Shown piece by piece: positions 9,507 to 23,151 of a stretch of 64,000 bases of DNA; the stretch's first letter is position 1; every line of letters begins with the position of its first letter. The translations under genes and the position numbers were made by a program. The stretch covers positions 1 through 64,000 of the forward strand of contig JBKHVI010000005.1 of assembly GCA_046570105.1 (NCBI GenBank), written 5' to 3'. The notes below the pieces were generated by a model that saw nothing but the letters and a program-made list of their open reading frames with translations, did not search any database and was not told the DNA's origin. Source of the DNA: Bacteriovoracia bacterium (lineage in GTDB: Bacteria; Bdellovibrionota; Bacteriovoracia; Bacteriovoracales; Bacteriovoracaceae).

Positions 9507-9540
9507 TAACGGGAGATCTCTTAGGAGATCGTTTGAACCG
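9507..9540 (+). promoter_or_regulatory. Putative L1-binding mRNA element, copy 2 (before rplA)
   Basis: TAACGGGA-GATCTC/GAGATC hairpin-GTTTGAACCG abutting the SD. Confidence 0.65.
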
Positions 9541-9553
9541 GAAGGAATAAAAA

Positions 9554-10258
9554 ATGAAAAAACCATCACGCAAATACGTAGATGCAGCCAAGTTGGTAGA
9601 GCGCTCAAAGCTTTACACTGTCGCTGAAGCCGTAAAATTGCTCAAAACTGTTACATACGCAAAATTCGACGAAACTGTTGATCTTGCTTTCCGTTTGGGT
9701 GTTGACCCTCGCCATGCTGACCAAATGGTTCGCGGTGCGATCGTTATGCCTGCCGGTACTGGTAAGAAAACAACTGTAGTTGTGATCACTGCTGGTGAGA
9801 AAATCAACGAAGCAGAGAAAGCAGGCGCAGACATTGTTGGTGGCGAAGACATCATCAACAAAATCGCTGGCGGCTGGATGGAATTCGATCGCGTAATCGC
9901 GACTCCAGATATGATGGGTAAGATCGGTAAGATCGCTCGTATCTTGGGCCCTCGCGGTCTTATGCCGAACCCAAAGCTTGGCACAGTTACCAACGAAATC
10001 GAGAAAGCTGTTAAAGAACAGAAAGCCGGTAAAGTTGAGTACCGTACAGACAAGAACGGTATCGTTCATGTTCCAATCGGCAAAAAGTCGTTCACAGATG
10101 AGCAACTTGCAGAAAACATGAAAGCAGTTTGTAGCGCTATTTTCCGCGCGAAGCCTGCTTCATCGAAGGGCACTTATGTTAAGTCACTCACTATGAGTGC
10201 CACCATGAGCCCGGGCATCAAGATTGATGCTAACGACGCTGCTTCGTTCTCTGCTTAG
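9554..10258 (+). CDS. rplA: 50S ribosomal protein L1
   Basis: [18 protein letters not shown]. Confidence 0.99.
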   Translation: MKKPSRKYVDAAKLVERSKLYTVAEAVKLLKTVTYAKFDETVDLAFRLGVDPRHADQMVRGAIVMPAGTGKKTTVVVITAGEKINEAEKAGADIVGGEDIINKIAGGWMEFDRVIATPDMMGKIGKIARILGPRGLMPNPKLGTVTNEIEKAVKEQKAGKVEYRTDKNGIVHVPIGKKSFTDEQLAENMKAVCSAIFRAKPASSKGTYVKSLTMSATMSPGIKIDANDAASFSA

Positions 10259-10278
10259 TATTAGTTAGTTAACTACGA

Positions 10279-10336
10279 AGGGGTTGAAGACAGCCGGTAT
10301 CTTCGCAAGAAGAGTAAAGCCTGCCGAAGCTCCCCT
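10279..10336 (+). promoter_or_regulatory. L10 leader (ribosomal protein autoregulatory RNA)
   Basis: GAAGACAGCCGG...TAAAGCCTGCCGAAG closed by AGGGG/CCCCT, upstream of rplJ. Confidence 0.75.
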
Positions 10337-10360
10337 CCGAAAACTTGGAGGAATTTGTAT

Positions 10361-10858
10361 ATGATGACACGTGCAGAAAAAGACGTTGTTGTTGCCTCCT
10401 TGAAGGAGAAAATCACGAAGTCGCAAGCCGTCTTCTTGACCAATCTCGTAGGTATCCCGTCTAACGATGCAGTTCGCATTCGTAAGTCGGTTCGCGAAGC
10501 AAAAGGGTTCATGGCTATCACCAAGAACACACTTTTTGCCCGCGCAGCCGTGGGAACATACGCTGAGCCTCTTCTCAAGGATCTTGTTGGTAACAACGCG
10601 GTCGCTTTCGCTTACGAGGATGCTGCAGCTGTAGCAAAAGCCGTAAACGACGCAACCGGCGAGTTTGAAAACATCGTCGTGATTAAAGGTGGGATGCTTG
10701 GAACTCAAAAGCTAAGCAAGGCCGAAGTAGTAGCACTAGCGAAACTTCCAAGCCGCGATCAAATGTTGGGAACATTGCTTGCAACATTTAACGCCCCTGT
10801 TAGTGCTTTCGCTCGCGTACTTCACGCGATCTGTGAGCAAAAAGAAAAACAAGCTTAA
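10361..10858 (+). CDS. rplJ: 50S ribosomal protein L10
   Basis: KNTL, LAKLPSRDQM; synteny; GGAGG RBS. Confidence 0.96.
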   Translation: MMTRAEKDVVVASLKEKITKSQAVFLTNLVGIPSNDAVRIRKSVREAKGFMAITKNTLFARAAVGTYAEPLLKDLVGNNAVAFAYEDAAAVAKAVNDATGEFENIVVIKGGMLGTQKLSKAEVVALAKLPSRDQMLGTLLATFNAPVSAFARVLHAICEQKEKQA

Positions 10859-10885
10859 TTATTTTAAAGGTTTTAAGGAGTTTAT

Positions 10886-11257
10886 ATGTCTATCACAAAC
10901 GAACAATTGATCGAGCACGTATCTAAAATGTCTGTTCTTGACCTCGCTAACTTGGTTAAAGAACTCGAAACTAAATTCGGTGTTTCTGCTGCTCCAGTAG
11001 CAGTTGCTGGCGGCGCTGCTGCTGCAGGCCCAGCTGCTGAAGCTCAAACTGAGTTCACAGTTGTCTTGACTGACAAAGGTGCAAGCCCAATCAACGTTAT
11101 TAAAGAAGTTCGTGCTATCACGGGCCTTGGCTTGAAAGAAGCTAAAGACCTCGTTGAAGGCGCACCTAAGACTGTTAAAGAGGGTGCAACTAAGGACGAA
11201 GCTGCAGAAATCAAGAAGAAGCTTGAAGCTGCTGGCGCTAAGGTTGATGTTAAGTAA
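10886..11257 (+). CDS. rplL: 50S ribosomal protein L7/L12
   Basis: Ala-rich hinge, [12 protein letters not shown]. Confidence 0.99.
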   Translation: MSITNEQLIEHVSKMSVLDLANLVKELETKFGVSAAPVAVAGGAAAAGPAAEAQTEFTVVLTDKGASPINVIKEVRAITGLGLKEAKDLVEGAPKTVKEGATKDEAAEIKKKLEAAGAKVDVK

Positions 11258-11285
11258 GCCCTCGGTATTGTCAGGGGATTTTTAC

Positions 11286-11334
11286 ATGGAAGCGTGCCCT
11301 CATTTAAAAGTGAGTTAAGCGCGCTTCCATTTTT
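11286..11334 (+). terminator. Attenuator-like hairpin between rplL and rpoB
   Basis: ATGGAAGCGTGC...GCGCGCTTCCAT stem followed by T-run. Confidence 0.6.
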
Positions 11335-11380
11335 GCGTTTCTAAATAAGCGTCGTCTTTAGAAGTTATGAGGAGTCAGCA

Positions 11381-14300
11381 ATGACAAAAGTTTTCGCCCC
11401 CAACGCCTGGACGCGGAGAAGTTTCAGTAAGAACGACTACGTCATCTCCCCCCCAAGTCTCATGAAGCTGCAGATCAGCTCTTATGAGGATTTCTTGCAG
11501 AAGGATATTCCTAATGCAAAACGTGAAGACAAAGGCCTACAGGCCGTCTTCAAGTCTATTTTCCCAATCTTTGATTTTAATAAGACTGTCTCTCTCGAGT
11601 TTGTGTCTTACACACTTGAAGAGCCTAAATATACAGTTGCTGAGTGTCGTGCTCGCGGTATGTCTTATGAGTCACCACTCAAGGTCACTGTCCGTTTGAT
11701 CTTCTACGATCTCAATAGTGAGAAAGAAGACGGCACACGTACCATCTCTTCTATTAAAGAGCAGGAAGTTTACCTCGGTAACATTCCTTTGATGGCGCCA
11801 ACTGGCTCATTCATCTTTAACGGAACTGAGCGTGTTATCGTGTCTCAGCTTCACCGTTCACCCGGTATCATTTTTGAGCACGATTCTGGTAAGAAGCACT
11901 CTTCGGGTAAGCTTCTTTATTCAGCTCGTATCATTCCTCATCGTGGTTCATGGCTCGATTTTGAATTCGACCATAAGAACATTCTTTACGCTCGTATCGA
12001 CCGTAAACGTAAGTTCCATGCCACGGTTGTTCTTAAGGCGATGGGCTACTCTGTAGCTGAACTCCTTAAGGCTTTCTATCCTCTAGAAACACTTCATCTC
12101 TCTGAAAAGAGTTATGAGCGTGAACTCGATTTTGACCTTTTGACTGGCGCACGCGTTGAGGACGACATTGTTCATCCAAAAACTGGCGAAGCGATCATCA
12201 AGAAGGGCAAGAAGATCACTAAGGCCGCTGTTCAGAAATTGAAGCAGTCAGGCATGAAGACTCTTCCTGCGAAGCTTGAAGACGTAGTTGGCAAAGTTGT
12301 TGCTGACGATATCTTCGACAAGTCGACTGGTGAAGTTATCTGTAACGCTAACGAAGCTTTGACTGAGTCAAAGATTTTCGAATTGATGAAAGCGGGCATC
12401 AAGAAAGTTCAAGTTATCTACATCGATAACGTTAACTACTCTGATCAGATCCGCAACACGCTCTATCTCGATAAGACCAACGGCACAGAAGAAGCTCTTC
12501 TTAAAGTGTTTGAACGTCTTCGTCCGGGTGAGCCACCAACTTTGGAAGCGTCTGAGACGTTGTTCCAAGGTCTCTTCTTTACAGCAGCTAAGTACGACCT
12601 ATCTCGCGTAGGCCGTATGAAGATCAACTATAAGTTCGGTCTTGATATCCCAGTTGAGAACACGATTCTCACTAAAGACGATATCTTGATGACTGTTAAG
12701 TACTTGGTTGATTTGAACAACGGTAAGGGCCAAGTCGACGATATCGATCACTTGGGTAACCGCCGCGTTCGCGCAGTCGGTGAGCTTCTTGAGAACCAAT
12801 TCCGCGTCGGTTTGGTTCGTATGGAGCGCGCAGTAAAAGAACGTATGTCGATCCAAGAACTCGACACAATGATGCCGCATGATTTGGTAAACCAAAAACC
12901 AGTTGCTGCTGCCATTAAAGAGTTCTTCGGCTCAAGCCAATTGTCTCAGTTTATGGATCAGACCAACCCACTTTCTGAAGTCACGCACAAGCGTCGTCTT
13001 TCAGCACTTGGCCCAGGTGGTTTGACTCGTGAACGTGCTGGTTTCGAAGTTCGTGACGTACACGCCACTCACTACGGCCGTATGTGTCCGATTGAAACTC
13101 CAGAGGGACCAAACATCGGTTTGATCACTTCACTTTCTACTTACGCCAAAGTTTCTGAGTACGGCTTCATTGAAACACCTTACCGTGTGGTAAACGAAGA
13201 CCGCTCTCTTGAGAAAAAAGTCCGTTACTTCTCTTCTTTCGAAGAAGAAGGAAAGATCATTGCCCAGGCCGATCGTAAGTCTATTAAAGACAACAAGATT
13301 GACGGTCACATGATTCCAGCACGTAAACAGGGTGAACTTGCTCTTGTTGACGCTTCTGAAGTGGATTTGATGGACGTTTCTCCATCACAAATGATTTCGA
13401 TCGCCACGTCTTTGATTCCGTTCCTCGAGCACGATGACGCCAACCGTGCCTTGATGGGATCAAATATGATGCGCCAAGCGGTTCCGGTCATCAAAACTGA
13501 TGCACCAATCGTAGGTACTGGTATCGAAAACGTTATCGCTCATGACTCAGGTGCAATTCTTGTTGCTGAACACGACGGCCGCGTAATTTTCGTTGATTCA
13601 AACCGTATTGTTATCCAGCGTGATAACTTTAAGGAAGACGAGTCAGGCGTAGATATCTACAAGCTTGTTAAGTATCAGCGCACGAACCAAAACACCTGTG
13701 CTAACCAACGAGCTCTTGTTAAAGAAGGCGACGTTGTTCGCCTTGGTGACGTGATTGCCGACGGTCCAGCGACTCAGTACGGTGACTTGGCTTTGGGTCA
13801 TAACATCCTCGTGGCATTCATGCCTTGGGGTGGTTACAACTACGAAGACTCGATTTTGATTAACGAGAAAATGCTCGCTCAAGACGTATTCACAACTGTT
13901 CACATCGAAAACTACGAAGTGGAAGCCCGTGATACGAAGCTTGGTAAAGAAGAGATCACTCGCGATATTCCAAACGTTTCTGAAGAGGCCCTCAAAGACC
14001 TCGACGAAGCTGGTATCATCCGCGTCGGTGCGATCGTAAAACCAGGAGATATCTTGGTTGGTAAGATCACTCCAAAAGGTGAGACTCAACTTTCTCCAGA
14101 AGAGAAGCTCTTGAAAGCCATCTTCGGTGATAAAGCTGGCGACGTAAAAGATACTTCATTGCGCGTTCCTTCATCGGTTCGCGGTACCGTCATCGACGCT
14201 CACGTGTTTACTCGTGAAGGTGTTGAGCTCGACGCTCGCTCAAAAGCGATCATCGAACGCGAAACCACTTTGGTTCGTCGTGACGAAAACATCGAAGTAA

Positions 14301-15502
14301 AAGCCATCCAACGTTCTGCGATCAAGAAGATTGCTGAAATGCTTGGCGGCGCTGTTATTGAAGACAAATTGATTTCTGAAGACGGTTCTACTGAACTCTT
14401 GAAGAAAGGTACTAAGATCACTGAAGAAGTGCTTTACGGCATTCCTTTCGAGTTGATCGGTTACCTTCCACTCAAGGCTGAGCAGGAAGAGCGTCTCTCT
14501 GAATACTTCGCGGATATCCGCAACCGTATTAACCGCGTTCGCTCAAAAGCGAATGAGCAAATCGCTAAGCTCCACAAGGGCGACGAGTTGCCTCCAGGCG
14601 TAATTAAGAAAGTTGTGGTTTACATCGCTATTAAGAGAAAGCTTCAGGCCGGTGATAAGATGGCAGGGCGCCACGGTAACAAAGGTGTTATCTCACGCGT
14701 TCTCCCACTTGAAGATATGCCTTACATGGCAGACGGTCAGCCAGTTGAAATCGTGTTGAACCCACTAGGTGTTCCTTCACGTATGAACATTGGTCAGCTT
14801 CTTGAATTGCACTTGGGTTGGGCAGGTCGTGGTCTTGGAGAAAAGATCGCGGGCCTTCTTGAGCAGAAGCAAGACTTGGCACGCCTCAAAGACTTGTTGA
14901 GCAAAATCTACAAGTCGACTGATGCTGATGCTTGGTTGAAGAAAGCTAAGGACGAAGATGTCATCCGTTTGGGTGAACAACTTCAGACTGGCGTTCGCTT
15001 CGCAAGTCCAGTGTTCGATGGTGCAACTGAAGAAGACATTGAAGAAATGTTGGAACTCGCAGATCTCGACAAGAGTGGTAAGACAACGTTGTTCGACGGT
15101 ATCACTGGTGAAGCCTTCTCTGAAGAAGTCACTGTTGGTTCGATGTACATGTTGAAACTTCACCACTTGGTGGACGAGAAGATTCACGCACGTTCAACTG
15201 GTCCTTACTCGCTTGTGACTCAACAGCCGTTGGGTGGTAAAGCGCAGTTCGGTGGTCAGCGTCTCGGGGAAATGGAAGTTTGGGCACTTGAAGCATACGG
15301 TGCGGCTTACACTCTTCAAGAATTCTTGACTGTTAAATCGGACGACGTGGTTGGCCGTACAAGAATGTACGAGTCTATCGTGAAGGGCGAGCAAGTACTT
15401 GAACCGGGTCTCCCAGAGTCATTCAACGTCTTGATCCGTGAGCTACAAGCTCTCGCACTTGATGTGAAACTCGAAGAACCGAACACTGAAACCATTCTTT
15501 AA
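11381..15502 (+). CDS. rpoB: RNA polymerase beta subunit
   Basis: [41 protein letters not shown]. Confidence 0.99.
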   Translation: MTKVFAPNAWTRRSFSKNDYVISPPSLMKLQISSYEDFLQKDIPNAKREDKGLQAVFKSIFPIFDFNKTVSLEFVSYTLEEPKYTVAECRARGMSYESPLKVTVRLIFYDLNSEKEDGTRTISSIKEQEVYLGNIPLMAPTGSFIFNGTERVIVSQLHRSPGIIFEHDSGKKHSSGKLLYSARIIPHRGSWLDFEFDHKNILYARIDRKRKFHATVVLKAMGYSVAELLKAFYPLETLHLSEKSYERELDFDLLTGARVEDDIVHPKTGEAIIKKGKKITKAAVQKLKQSGMKTLPAKLEDVVGKVVADDIFDKSTGEVICNANEALTESKIFELMKAGIKKVQVIYIDNVNYSDQIRNTLYLDKTNGTEEALLKVFERLRPGEPPTLEASETLFQGLFFTAAKYDLSRVGRMKINYKFGLDIPVENTILTKDDILMTVKYLVDLNNGKGQVDDIDHLGNRRVRAVGELLENQFRVGLVRMERAVKERMSIQELDTMMPHDLVNQKPVAAAIKEFFGSSQLSQFMDQTNPLSEVTHKRRLSALGPGGLTRERAGFEVRDVHATHYGRMCPIETPEGPNIGLITSLSTYAKVSEYGFIETPYRVVNEDRSLEKKVRYFSSFEEEGKIIAQADRKSIKDNKIDGHMIPARKQGELALVDASEVDLMDVSPSQMISIATSLIPFLEHDDANRALMGSNMMRQAVPVIKTDAPIVGTGIENVIAHDSGAILVAEHDGRVIFVDSNRIVIQRDNFKEDESGVDIYKLVKYQRTNQNTCANQRALVKEGDVVRLGDVIADGPATQYGDLALGHNILVAFMPWGGYNYEDSILINEKMLAQDVFTTVHIENYEVEARDTKLGKEEITRDIPNVSEEALKDLDEAGIIRVGAIVKPGDILVGKITPKGETQLSPEEKLLKAIFGDKAGDVKDTSLRVPSSVRGTVIDAHVFTREGVELDARSKAIIERETTLVRRDENIEVKAIQRSAIKKIAEMLGGAVIEDKLISEDGSTELLKKGTKITEEVLYGIPFELIGYLPLKAEQEERLSEYFADIRNRINRVRSKANEQIAKLHKGDELPPGVIKKVVVYIAIKRKLQAGDKMAGRHGNKGVISRVLPLEDMPYMADGQPVEIVLNPLGVPSRMNIGQLLELHLGWAGRGLGEKIAGLLEQKQDLARLKDLLSKIYKSTDADAWLKKAKDEDVIRLGEQLQTGVRFASPVFDGATEEDIEEMLELADLDKSGKTTLFDGITGEAFSEEVTVGSMYMLKLHHLVDEKIHARSTGPYSLVTQQPLGGKAQFGGQRLGEMEVWALEAYGAAYTLQEFLTVKSDDVVGRTRMYESIVKGEQVLEPGLPESFNVLIRELQALALDVKLEEPNTETIL

Positions 15503-15523
15503 GATACTGAGGGGTTAAGTCAC

Positions 15524-18500
15524 ATGAAAGACTTGCTAAACTTTTTTGATAAGCCAAAAGATCCAGTCAGTGTTCAGGCCATCTCTATTAAGATGGCCAG
15601 TCCTGATACCATTCGTGAATGGTCATTCGGTGAAGTAAAGAAACCGGAAACCATTAACTACCGTACCTTCAAGCCTGAGCGTGATGGCCTTTTCTGTGCC
15701 AAAATTTTCGGGCCGATCAAGGACTACGAATGTATCTGCGGTAAATATAAGCGTATGAAACACCGTGGTGTGGTTTGTGAGAAGTGTGGCGTTGAAGTCA
15801 CTCTCTCTAAAGTCCGCCGCGAGCGTTGTGGCCACATTGAGCTTGCTACACCAGTAGCTCACATCTGGTTCTTGCGTTCACTTCCAAGCCGTATCGGTGC
15901 TCTTCTTGATCTTTCTTTGAAAGATCTTGAGCGCATTCTTTATAACGAAGCCTACATCGTTCTTCAGTCATCTACTGATGGCCAAGACGGCGGCTTAGCT
16001 GTTGGATCAATTCTCACTGAGCAGAAGTTCTTCGAACTTAAGCAAGCGGGTATCGATTTCAAAGCGGGCATGGGCGGAGAAATCGTTAAGGAACAATTGT
16101 CTAAAGTTGATTTGGACATCCTTAACAAAGAACTTCGTCGCGGCCTTAAGGACGCAACGACTGATCTTTCACGCGCCAAAATCATCAAACGCCTTAAGGT
16201 TGTTGAATCTCTCTTGAAGAGCTCAAATAAGCCTGACTGGTTCATGATGGATGTTATTCCAGTTCTTCCACCGGATCTTCGTCCGTTGGTTCCATTGGAA
16301 GCTGGGCGTTTCGCTACTTCAGACTTGAACGACCTTTACCGTCGTGTGATCAACCGTAACAACCGTTTGAAGCGCCTCAAGGAATTGAACGCGCCAGAAA
16401 TCATTATCCGTAACGAAAAGCGTATGCTTCAAGAAGCGGTTGATGCTCTCTTTGATAACGGTCGCCGCGGTAAAGTCTTCACCGGCGCTAACAAGCGTCC
16501 ATTGCGTTCACTTTCAGACATGTTGAAAGGTAAGCAAGGTCGTTTCCGTCAAAACCTTCTCGGTAAGCGTGTCGACTATTCAGGTCGTTCGGTTATCGTG
16601 GTTGGTCCAAACTTGAAGCTTCACCAATGTGGTCTTCCAAAGCTTATGGCCTTGGAACTTTTCAAGCCGTTCATCTACAACAAATTGATCGAGAAAGGTC
16701 ACTGTACCACGATCAAAGTTGCTAAGAAGATGGTTGATCAGCAGCGCCAGGAAGTTTGGGATATCTTGGAAGAAGTTGTTCAAGAGCATCCAGTTCTTCT
16801 TAACCGTGCTCCAACTCTTCACCGTTTGGGTATCCAAGCGTTCGAACCAGTTTTGATCGAAGGTAAGGCCATCCAGCTTCACCCATTGGTCTGTACTGCC
16901 TTCAACGCCGACTTCGACGGTGACCAGATGGCAGTTCACGTTCCACTTTCACTCGAAGCTCAAATTGAAGCTCGCGTGTTGGTAATGTCGACTAACAACA
17001 TTCTTTCGCCAAAAGACGGAACTCCGATCATCGTTCCTTCTCAAGATATCGTCTTGGGTATGTACTACATGACTCGTATTCGTCCGTTTGCTCGCGGTCA
17101 CGGAAAAGTGTTCTCTTCGAAAGAAGAAGCTCAGTTTGCGTACCACACAGGAAATCTTCACCTTCAGGCCCCCATCACTATTCGTGTTGATGGCAAGTTG
17201 ATTGAGACAACTGTGGGTCGTACTTTCGTTTACAACATCATTCCTAAGTGTCTTGATTATTCGGACATCAACAAGATCCTCAATAAAAAGGAACTCGCGT
17301 TGTTGATCGACAAGGCTTACAGAAAGGGTACAGAGAAAGACACCGTTCTTCTCGCTGACTCGATTATGAAGATGGGTTACGAGTACGCCACAAAAGCCGG
17401 TATTTCGATCAACGTTAAAGACATGGTGATCCCTAAAGAGAAAACTTCAATTATCGCGACCGCTCAGGGCGAAGTTGAGAAGATCACTAACGAATATAAC
17501 GAAGGTTCAATTACTAACGGCGAACGTTACAACAAAATCGTCGACGTATGGGCCCAGACCAACGAGAAACTCTCTAAAGTGTTGATCGAAGGTCTCTCTA
17601 AGCAAGAATTCGTATCTGAAAACGGCAAAGAGAAAACGAAAGCTCCATCATTCAACGCTATCTTTATGATGGCTGATTCTGGTGCTCGAGGTTCGAACGT
17701 TCAGATTCGTCAGTTGGCCGGTATGCGTGGTTTGATGGCGAAGCCGTCTGGCGAAATTATCGAAACTCCGATTACTTCTAACTTCCGCGAAGGTTTGACT
17801 GTTCTTCAGTATTTCGCTTCTTCGCACGGTGCTCGTAAGGGTCTCGCCGATACAGCGTTGAAAACAGCCAACTCTGGTTACCTCACTCGTCGTCTTGTCG
17901 ACGTAGCTCAAGACGGTATTATCCGCTCTGTAGACTGCGGAACTGATGACGGCATTATGCAAACGTCACGCATTGAAGCCGGTGAAATCGTTGAGCACGT
18001 TGCTCACCGAGTTCTCGGTCGCGTAGCTTTGGATGATGTGAAAGGTAAAGACGGCGCAGCTATCTTTAAGAAAAACCACCTCTTCGTTGAGAAAGACGTT
18101 CAATCTTTGATGGATCAAGAAGTTGACCAAATCAAAGTTCGCTCGGTTCTCACATGTAAAGAGAAGTACGGTTACTGTGCTCTGTGTTTCGGTCGCGATC
18201 TTTCGCGCGGTAAGTTGGTATCTGACGGTGAAGCGGTCGGTATCATTGCTGCTCAGTCGATCGGTGAACCAGGAACTCAGCTCACCATGCGTACCTTCCA
18301 CATCGGTGGTACTGCAACTGCAGGCGCTCAAGTTAACAAGACTGAAGCTAAGACAGCAGGTGTCGTCCACTTTGATAACGTAAAAGTGTTCGCTCGTGCC
18401 GACGGTCTCAGCATCATTATGAACAAGACTGGTGAGATCGTTATTAAGACGGCTGCTGGTATTGAAAAAGAACGCTACCCAGCTGTTTACGGTGCTTCGA

Positions 18501-19642
18501 TCTTCTTCAAAGACGGTCAAGCGATCAACGTCGGTGATAAGATTCTCGAATGGGATCCGTTCGCGATGCCGATCATCTGTGACGTTGCCGGTACAGTTAA
18601 GTACGAAGATCTTGTCCTCGGCGCAACTTTTGTTGAGAACGTCGACTCCGTAACGGGTCTCTCTCACCGAGTTGTTGTTGAAGCTAAAGCTAAAGAAGAT
18701 ATTTCTAAGCAACCACGTATCATCCTTTGTGATGATGCTGGTAACCCGATCATGATCCCTGGAACTAAGCGTATCGCTTCTTACGGCCTACCGGTCGGAG
18801 CGAACGTGGTTGTGAACCCAGGTGATAAGATCGACGGTGGTATCGTTATTGCGAAGGTTCAGCGTGAATCGACCAAGACAAAAGATATTACCGGTGGTCT
18901 TCCACGTGTTGCTGAGTTGTTCGAAGCTCGTAAACCGGGCAACAGCTCTCAGATCGCAGATATCGCTGGTACTGTTGAATACGGTCCAGAAGTTCGCGGT
19001 TCACGTAAGATCATTGTTAAGCCGGAAGATGGCGGTGAGCCAGTTGTGTACACCATTCCTAAGGGTCGCTACGTCGTAGTTAACGAAGGTGACTACGTTC
19101 GTCCAGGTGATCAGATTATGGATGGCCCAACGAACCCACACGACATTCTCCGTGTTCTAGGTGATAAAGCCGTTGCTCGTTACATCGTAGACGAAATCCA
19201 AGAGGTTTACCGTCTCCAAGGTGTGAAGATCGATGACAAGCACATTGAAGTAATCGTGAGCCAGATGTTGAAGAAAGTGGAAATTACCGACCCGGGTGAT
19301 TCGATCTTTGTTCAAGGTGATTCAGTGACTAAGGCAGAGTTGGCCGAAGAAAATGAACGCCTCATCGCCCAGAGTCTCCAGCCAGCAGAGTCTAAGGCTC
19401 TCTTGTTGGGTATTACGAAAGCGTCTCTGACCACAGAAAGTTTCTTGTCAGCTGCGTCATTCCAAGAGACAACCAAAGTCCTTACCCAGGCCACATTGGA
19501 AGGGAAGAAGGATACGTTGCTGGGTCTCAAGGAAAACGTACTGATGGGCCGTTTGATTCCAGCTGGTACCGGCTTGCCGCGTTACGCTGGCTTCCAAGCG
19601 GAAGTCGTGAAGGAAGAAAATCCTTTCATGATGAGTCTATAA
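15524..19642 (+). CDS. rpoC: RNA polymerase beta' subunit
   Basis: NADFDGD catalytic motif, Zn-binding cysteines. Confidence 0.99.
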   Translation: MKDLLNFFDKPKDPVSVQAISIKMASPDTIREWSFGEVKKPETINYRTFKPERDGLFCAKIFGPIKDYECICGKYKRMKHRGVVCEKCGVEVTLSKVRRERCGHIELATPVAHIWFLRSLPSRIGALLDLSLKDLERILYNEAYIVLQSSTDGQDGGLAVGSILTEQKFFELKQAGIDFKAGMGGEIVKEQLSKVDLDILNKELRRGLKDATTDLSRAKIIKRLKVVESLLKSSNKPDWFMMDVIPVLPPDLRPLVPLEAGRFATSDLNDLYRRVINRNNRLKRLKELNAPEIIIRNEKRMLQEAVDALFDNGRRGKVFTGANKRPLRSLSDMLKGKQGRFRQNLLGKRVDYSGRSVIVVGPNLKLHQCGLPKLMALELFKPFIYNKLIEKGHCTTIKVAKKMVDQQRQEVWDILEEVVQEHPVLLNRAPTLHRLGIQAFEPVLIEGKAIQLHPLVCTAFNADFDGDQMAVHVPLSLEAQIEARVLVMSTNNILSPKDGTPIIVPSQDIVLGMYYMTRIRPFARGHGKVFSSKEEAQFAYHTGNLHLQAPITIRVDGKLIETTVGRTFVYNIIPKCLDYSDINKILNKKELALLIDKAYRKGTEKDTVLLADSIMKMGYEYATKAGISINVKDMVIPKEKTSIIATAQGEVEKITNEYNEGSITNGERYNKIVDVWAQTNEKLSKVLIEGLSKQEFVSENGKEKTKAPSFNAIFMMADSGARGSNVQIRQLAGMRGLMAKPSGEIIETPITSNFREGLTVLQYFASSHGARKGLADTALKTANSGYLTRRLVDVAQDGIIRSVDCGTDDGIMQTSRIEAGEIVEHVAHRVLGRVALDDVKGKDGAAIFKKNHLFVEKDVQSLMDQEVDQIKVRSVLTCKEKYGYCALCFGRDLSRGKLVSDGEAVGIIAAQSIGEPGTQLTMRTFHIGGTATAGAQVNKTEAKTAGVVHFDNVKVFARADGLSIIMNKTGEIVIKTAAGIEKERYPAVYGASIFFKDGQAINVGDKILEWDPFAMPIICDVAGTVKYEDLVLGATFVENVDSVTGLSHRVVVEAKAKEDISKQPRIILCDDAGNPIMIPGTKRIASYGLPVGANVVVNPGDKIDGGIVIAKVQRESTKTKDITGGLPRVAELFEARKPGNSSQIADIAGTVEYGPEVRGSRKIIVKPEDGGEPVVYTIPKGRYVVVNEGDYVRPGDQIMDGPTNPHDILRVLGDKAVARYIVDEIQEVYRLQGVKIDDKHIEVIVSQMLKKVEITDPGDSIFVQGDSVTKAELAEENERLIAQSLQPAESKALLLGITKASLTTESFLSAASFQETTKVLTQATLEGKKDTLLGLKENVLMGRLIPAGTGLPRYAGFQAEVVKEENPFMMSL

Positions 19643-19654
19643 ATAAACGTCTTG

Positions 19655-19694
19655 AAAGAGGCCTGGGGGCCATGTTAGAACCCCAGGTCTCTTT
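19655..19694 (+). terminator. Hairpin after rpoC (terminator-like, overlaps a possible rpsL promoter)
   Basis: AAAGAGGCCTGGGG/CCCCAGGTCTCTTT stem. Confidence 0.55.
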
Positions 19695-19722
19695 GAAAGA
19701 AAGTAGTAAGGAGTAGGTTGCA

Positions 19723-20097
19723 ATGCCAACAATTAACCAACTTGTCCGTCAGGGCAGAACACAAACCCAGTACAGAACTAAGGCTCCGGCCCTAGAAAAC
19801 TGTCCTCAGCGTCGTGGTGTATGTACTCGCGTATATACAACTACACCTAAGAAACCAAACTCAGCTTTGCGTAAAGTATGTAAAGTGAAACTCACTTCAG
19901 GTTACGAAGTTATTTCGTATATCGGTGGTGAAGGTCACAACCTACAAGAGCACAGTATCGTTCTTATCCGTGGCGGTCGTGTAAAAGATCTTCCGGGTGT
20001 TCGTTACCATACAGTACGTGGTGCTTTGGATGCTTCTGGAGTAGAAAAACGCCGCAAGCGTCGTTCACTCTATGGCGCGAAGAAACCTAAGAAATAA
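19723..20097 (+). CDS. rpsL: 30S ribosomal protein S12
   Basis: [21 protein letters not shown]. Confidence 0.99.
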   Translation: MPTINQLVRQGRTQTQYRTKAPALENCPQRRGVCTRVYTTTPKKPNSALRKVCKVKLTSGYEVISYIGGEGHNLQEHSIVLIRGGRVKDLPGVRYHTVRGALDASGVEKRRKRRSLYGAKKPKK

Positions 20098-20111
20098 GAG
20101 ATTTGGAGTAG

Positions 20112-20585
<474 letters not shown>

Positions 20586-20610
20586 TCGTTTCAAAATTGG
20601 TTTAGATTAC

Positions 20611-20640
20611 AAAGGGCCCTTTTTGGGCCCTTTTTATTTT
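20611..20640 (+). terminator. Rho-independent terminator between rpsG and fusA
   Basis: AAAGGGCCC-TTTTT-GGGCCCTTT followed by TTATTTT. Confidence 0.8.
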
Positions 20641-20657
20641 AAGTTGAGCTGATCGAC

Positions 20658-22742
20658 ATGAAATCACACCAAATAGATAAAATTCGCAATATTGGCATCA
20701 TGGCCCACATTGATGCCGGTAAAACCACGACTAGCGAGCGAATCCTCTACTACACAGGCAAAAATTATAAAATTGGTGAAGTCCACGAAGGGACTGCCAC
20801 CATGGATTGGATGATCCAAGAGCAAGAGCGCGGTATTACTATTACTGCTGCTGCTACTACGTGTTCTTGGAATAATCACGTCATCAATATCATCGATACA
20901 CCCGGACATGTGGATTTCACCATTGAAGTTGAGCGCTCTCTACGCGTGCTCGATGGCGCCGTGGGTGTTTTCTGCGCTGTTGGTGGTGTAGAGCCTCAAT
21001 CGGAAACGGTTTGGTCACAAGGTGATAAGTACAACGTTCCCCGAATCGCTTTTGTTAATAAGATGGATCGAACTGGGGCAGATTTCTTGAGCGTAATTTC
21101 AGAAATTCGCGAAAAGCTCGGCAAAAAAGCCGCCGCTCTTCAGATGCCCATCGGTGCTGAAGAAAATTTCAAAGGCATGATTGATCTCATTACCATGAAA
21201 GCTATGGAGTGGGGGGAAGGTAGCCTTGGCGAAAAATTTACGACTCGCGAGCTCACTAAAGATGAATCGGATGAAGCCAAGCTTTATCGTGATGAACTCC
21301 TTGAGCACCTGGCAGATTTCGATGACAACTTAGCTGATCGATATTTGAACGGCGAAGAAATCTCAGTTACAGATGTTGAATCAGCCGTTCGTAAAGCAAC
21401 TATCAAGCATGGATTTATTCCTGTGCTTTGTGGTTCTGCATTCAAAAATAAAGGTGTGCAGCCACTCCTCGATGCCGTCGTAAAATATCTTCCATCACCT
21501 CTCGATAAAGGTGCGACGAAAGCTCACGACGCAAAGAACTTTGAAGAGATGGTTGAACGCAAACCTGATGATGAAGAATTATTCAGTGGTCTCGCGTTTA
21601 AAATTGCTTCAGATCCTTTTGTTGGCCGTATTACTTATGTGCGCATTTACTCAGGCACCTTGAAAGTTGGCACTCAAGTTTTGAATCCACTCGAGAAGAA
21701 AAAAGAACGAATCAATAAACTTCTGCAAATGCATGCGAACAAACGCACTGAAATTGAAGAAGCTGGAGCCGGTGATATTGTCGCTATCTCAGGTCTTAAA
21801 TTTACGACAACAGGTCAGACTCTTTGTGCTGATCACAAGCCAGTTATCTTTGATTTGATGGAATTTCCGGAGACAGTTATCTCTGTGGCGATTGAACCAA
21901 AGACCACTGCTGATGAAGAAAAATTACAAACGACACTTGAGTATCTTAAAATTGAAGATCCAAGTTTCTCATTCAGAAATAATAAAGAAACAGGCCAGCT
22001 GCTCATTTTTGGAATGGGAGAGTTGCATTTAGAAATTATTTGCGATCGTCTCGCGCGTGAATTCAAAGTGGGTGTGAACGTGGGTTCACCACAAGTTTCT
22101 TATCGCGAATCTGTCACGGGTACTGCTCATGGAGAGCAATCAGTGAATCGTGAGATTCAAGGCAAGAATCAATTTGGTCATTGCCGCGTGAAAGTTGAGC
22201 CACTCGAAGGTGCAGCCGAAGTAAAAGTGGAATTTGCAAAAAAAGATCGTGGTACTCCTGCCGAATTTTATCAAGCAGTCGAGCGCGGAATTTTAGATTC
22301 TGTTCCTGGTGGCGCTCTCGCTGGATATCCCTTCATTGGTATCAAAGCTATTGTAGAGGATGTTCGTTTCAGCGAAGTTGATTCGAGTGAAGTGGCTTAT
22401 GTCATTGCAGCTTCACAAGCTTTCAAAGAAGCTTGTCAAAAAGCTGGTCTTGTTTTGATGGAGCCAATGATGGCCCTTGAAGTAACAACACCATCAGATT
22501 TTGCTGGTGATGTGATCGCCGATGTAAACGCAAAGCGCGGACAAATTTTAGGCATTGAACCGAAAGCAGCCAAAGATGTTTTAAAAGCCGAAGTTCCATT
22601 ATCCGAGATGTTTGGTTACAGCACTCAATTACGATCGAAGACTCAGGGTCGAGCAAGTTTTACGATGTCTTTTAGACGTTACGAGCGACTGGCGCCGCAG
22701 CAGGCCAAGGAAGTTCTCCAGAAACGGGGAATTTTCATCTGA
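20658..22742 (+). CDS. fusA: Elongation factor G, divergent in domain IV (EF-G2-like)
   Basis: [31 protein letters not shown]; domain IV QSGG and HDVDS motifs replaced. Confidence 0.93.
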   Translation: MKSHQIDKIRNIGIMAHIDAGKTTTSERILYYTGKNYKIGEVHEGTATMDWMIQEQERGITITAAATTCSWNNHVINIIDTPGHVDFTIEVERSLRVLDGAVGVFCAVGGVEPQSETVWSQGDKYNVPRIAFVNKMDRTGADFLSVISEIREKLGKKAAALQMPIGAEENFKGMIDLITMKAMEWGEGSLGEKFTTRELTKDESDEAKLYRDELLEHLADFDDNLADRYLNGEEISVTDVESAVRKATIKHGFIPVLCGSAFKNKGVQPLLDAVVKYLPSPLDKGATKAHDAKNFEEMVERKPDDEELFSGLAFKIASDPFVGRITYVRIYSGTLKVGTQVLNPLEKKKERINKLLQMHANKRTEIEEAGAGDIVAISGLKFTTTGQTLCADHKPVIFDLMEFPETVISVAIEPKTTADEEKLQTTLEYLKIEDPSFSFRNNKETGQLLIFGMGELHLEIICDRLAREFKVGVNVGSPQVSYRESVTGTAHGEQSVNREIQGKNQFGHCRVKVEPLEGAAEVKVEFAKKDRGTPAEFYQAVERGILDSVPGGALAGYPFIGIKAIVEDVRFSEVDSSEVAYVIAASQAFKEACQKAGLVLMEPMMALEVTTPSDFAGDVIADVNAKRGQILGIEPKAAKDVLKAEVPLSEMFGYSTQLRSKTQGRASFTMSFRRYERLAPQQAKEVLQKRGIFI

Positions 22743-22787
22743 AATATAGGCCGGGAAGGCCTCAATAAAAAATACACGGAAGAGGGC

Positions 22788-22816
22788 TTTACAAAGGCCC
22801 ATGCTTCCTTTACTTT
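22788..22816 (+). promoter_or_regulatory. Putative sigma-70 promoter of the S10 operon
   Basis: TTTACA-17 nt-TACTTT upstream of rpsJ. Confidence 0.45.
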
Positions 22817-22842
22817 TCCGAGACACAAATTTGGGAGCTAGC

Positions 22843-23151
22843 ATGAAGACCAATAAGCTAAGAATTAAGCTGCGCGCTTATGATTACAACATCCTTGACG
22901 CATCAGTCCAGGAAATCGTGCAAACAGCTAAAAATACAGGGGCACGTGTTGCTGGCCCGATTCCTCTTCCTACAGAGATCAACAAGTACACAGTATTGCG
23001 TTCTCCGCACATTGATAAAAAGTCTCGTGAACAATTTGAGATGCGCACACATAAGCGCCTCGTTGACATCATCGAGCCAACTCAGCAGACAGTAGACAGC
23101 CTAATGAAGCTCGATCTCTCTGCCGGCGTTGACGTAGAAATTAAGTACTAG
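22843..23151 (+). CDS. rpsJ: 30S ribosomal protein S10
   Basis: [29 protein letters not shown] before ATG 22843. Confidence 0.98.
   Translation: MKTNKLRIKLRAYDYNILDASVQEIVQTAKNTGARVAGPIPLPTEINKYTVLRSPHIDKKSREQFEMRTHKRLVDIIEPTQQTVDSLMKLDLSAGVDVEIKY

Noticed and set aside
15502..15524. rpoB-rpoC fusion
   Set aside because: A clear stop, a 21-nt spacer and a separate RBS are present
8277..18712. Long antisense ORFs over nusG, rplA and rpoBC (e.g. 8277-8948, 17966-18712)
   Set aside because: Shadow frames caused by codon bias of highly expressed genes
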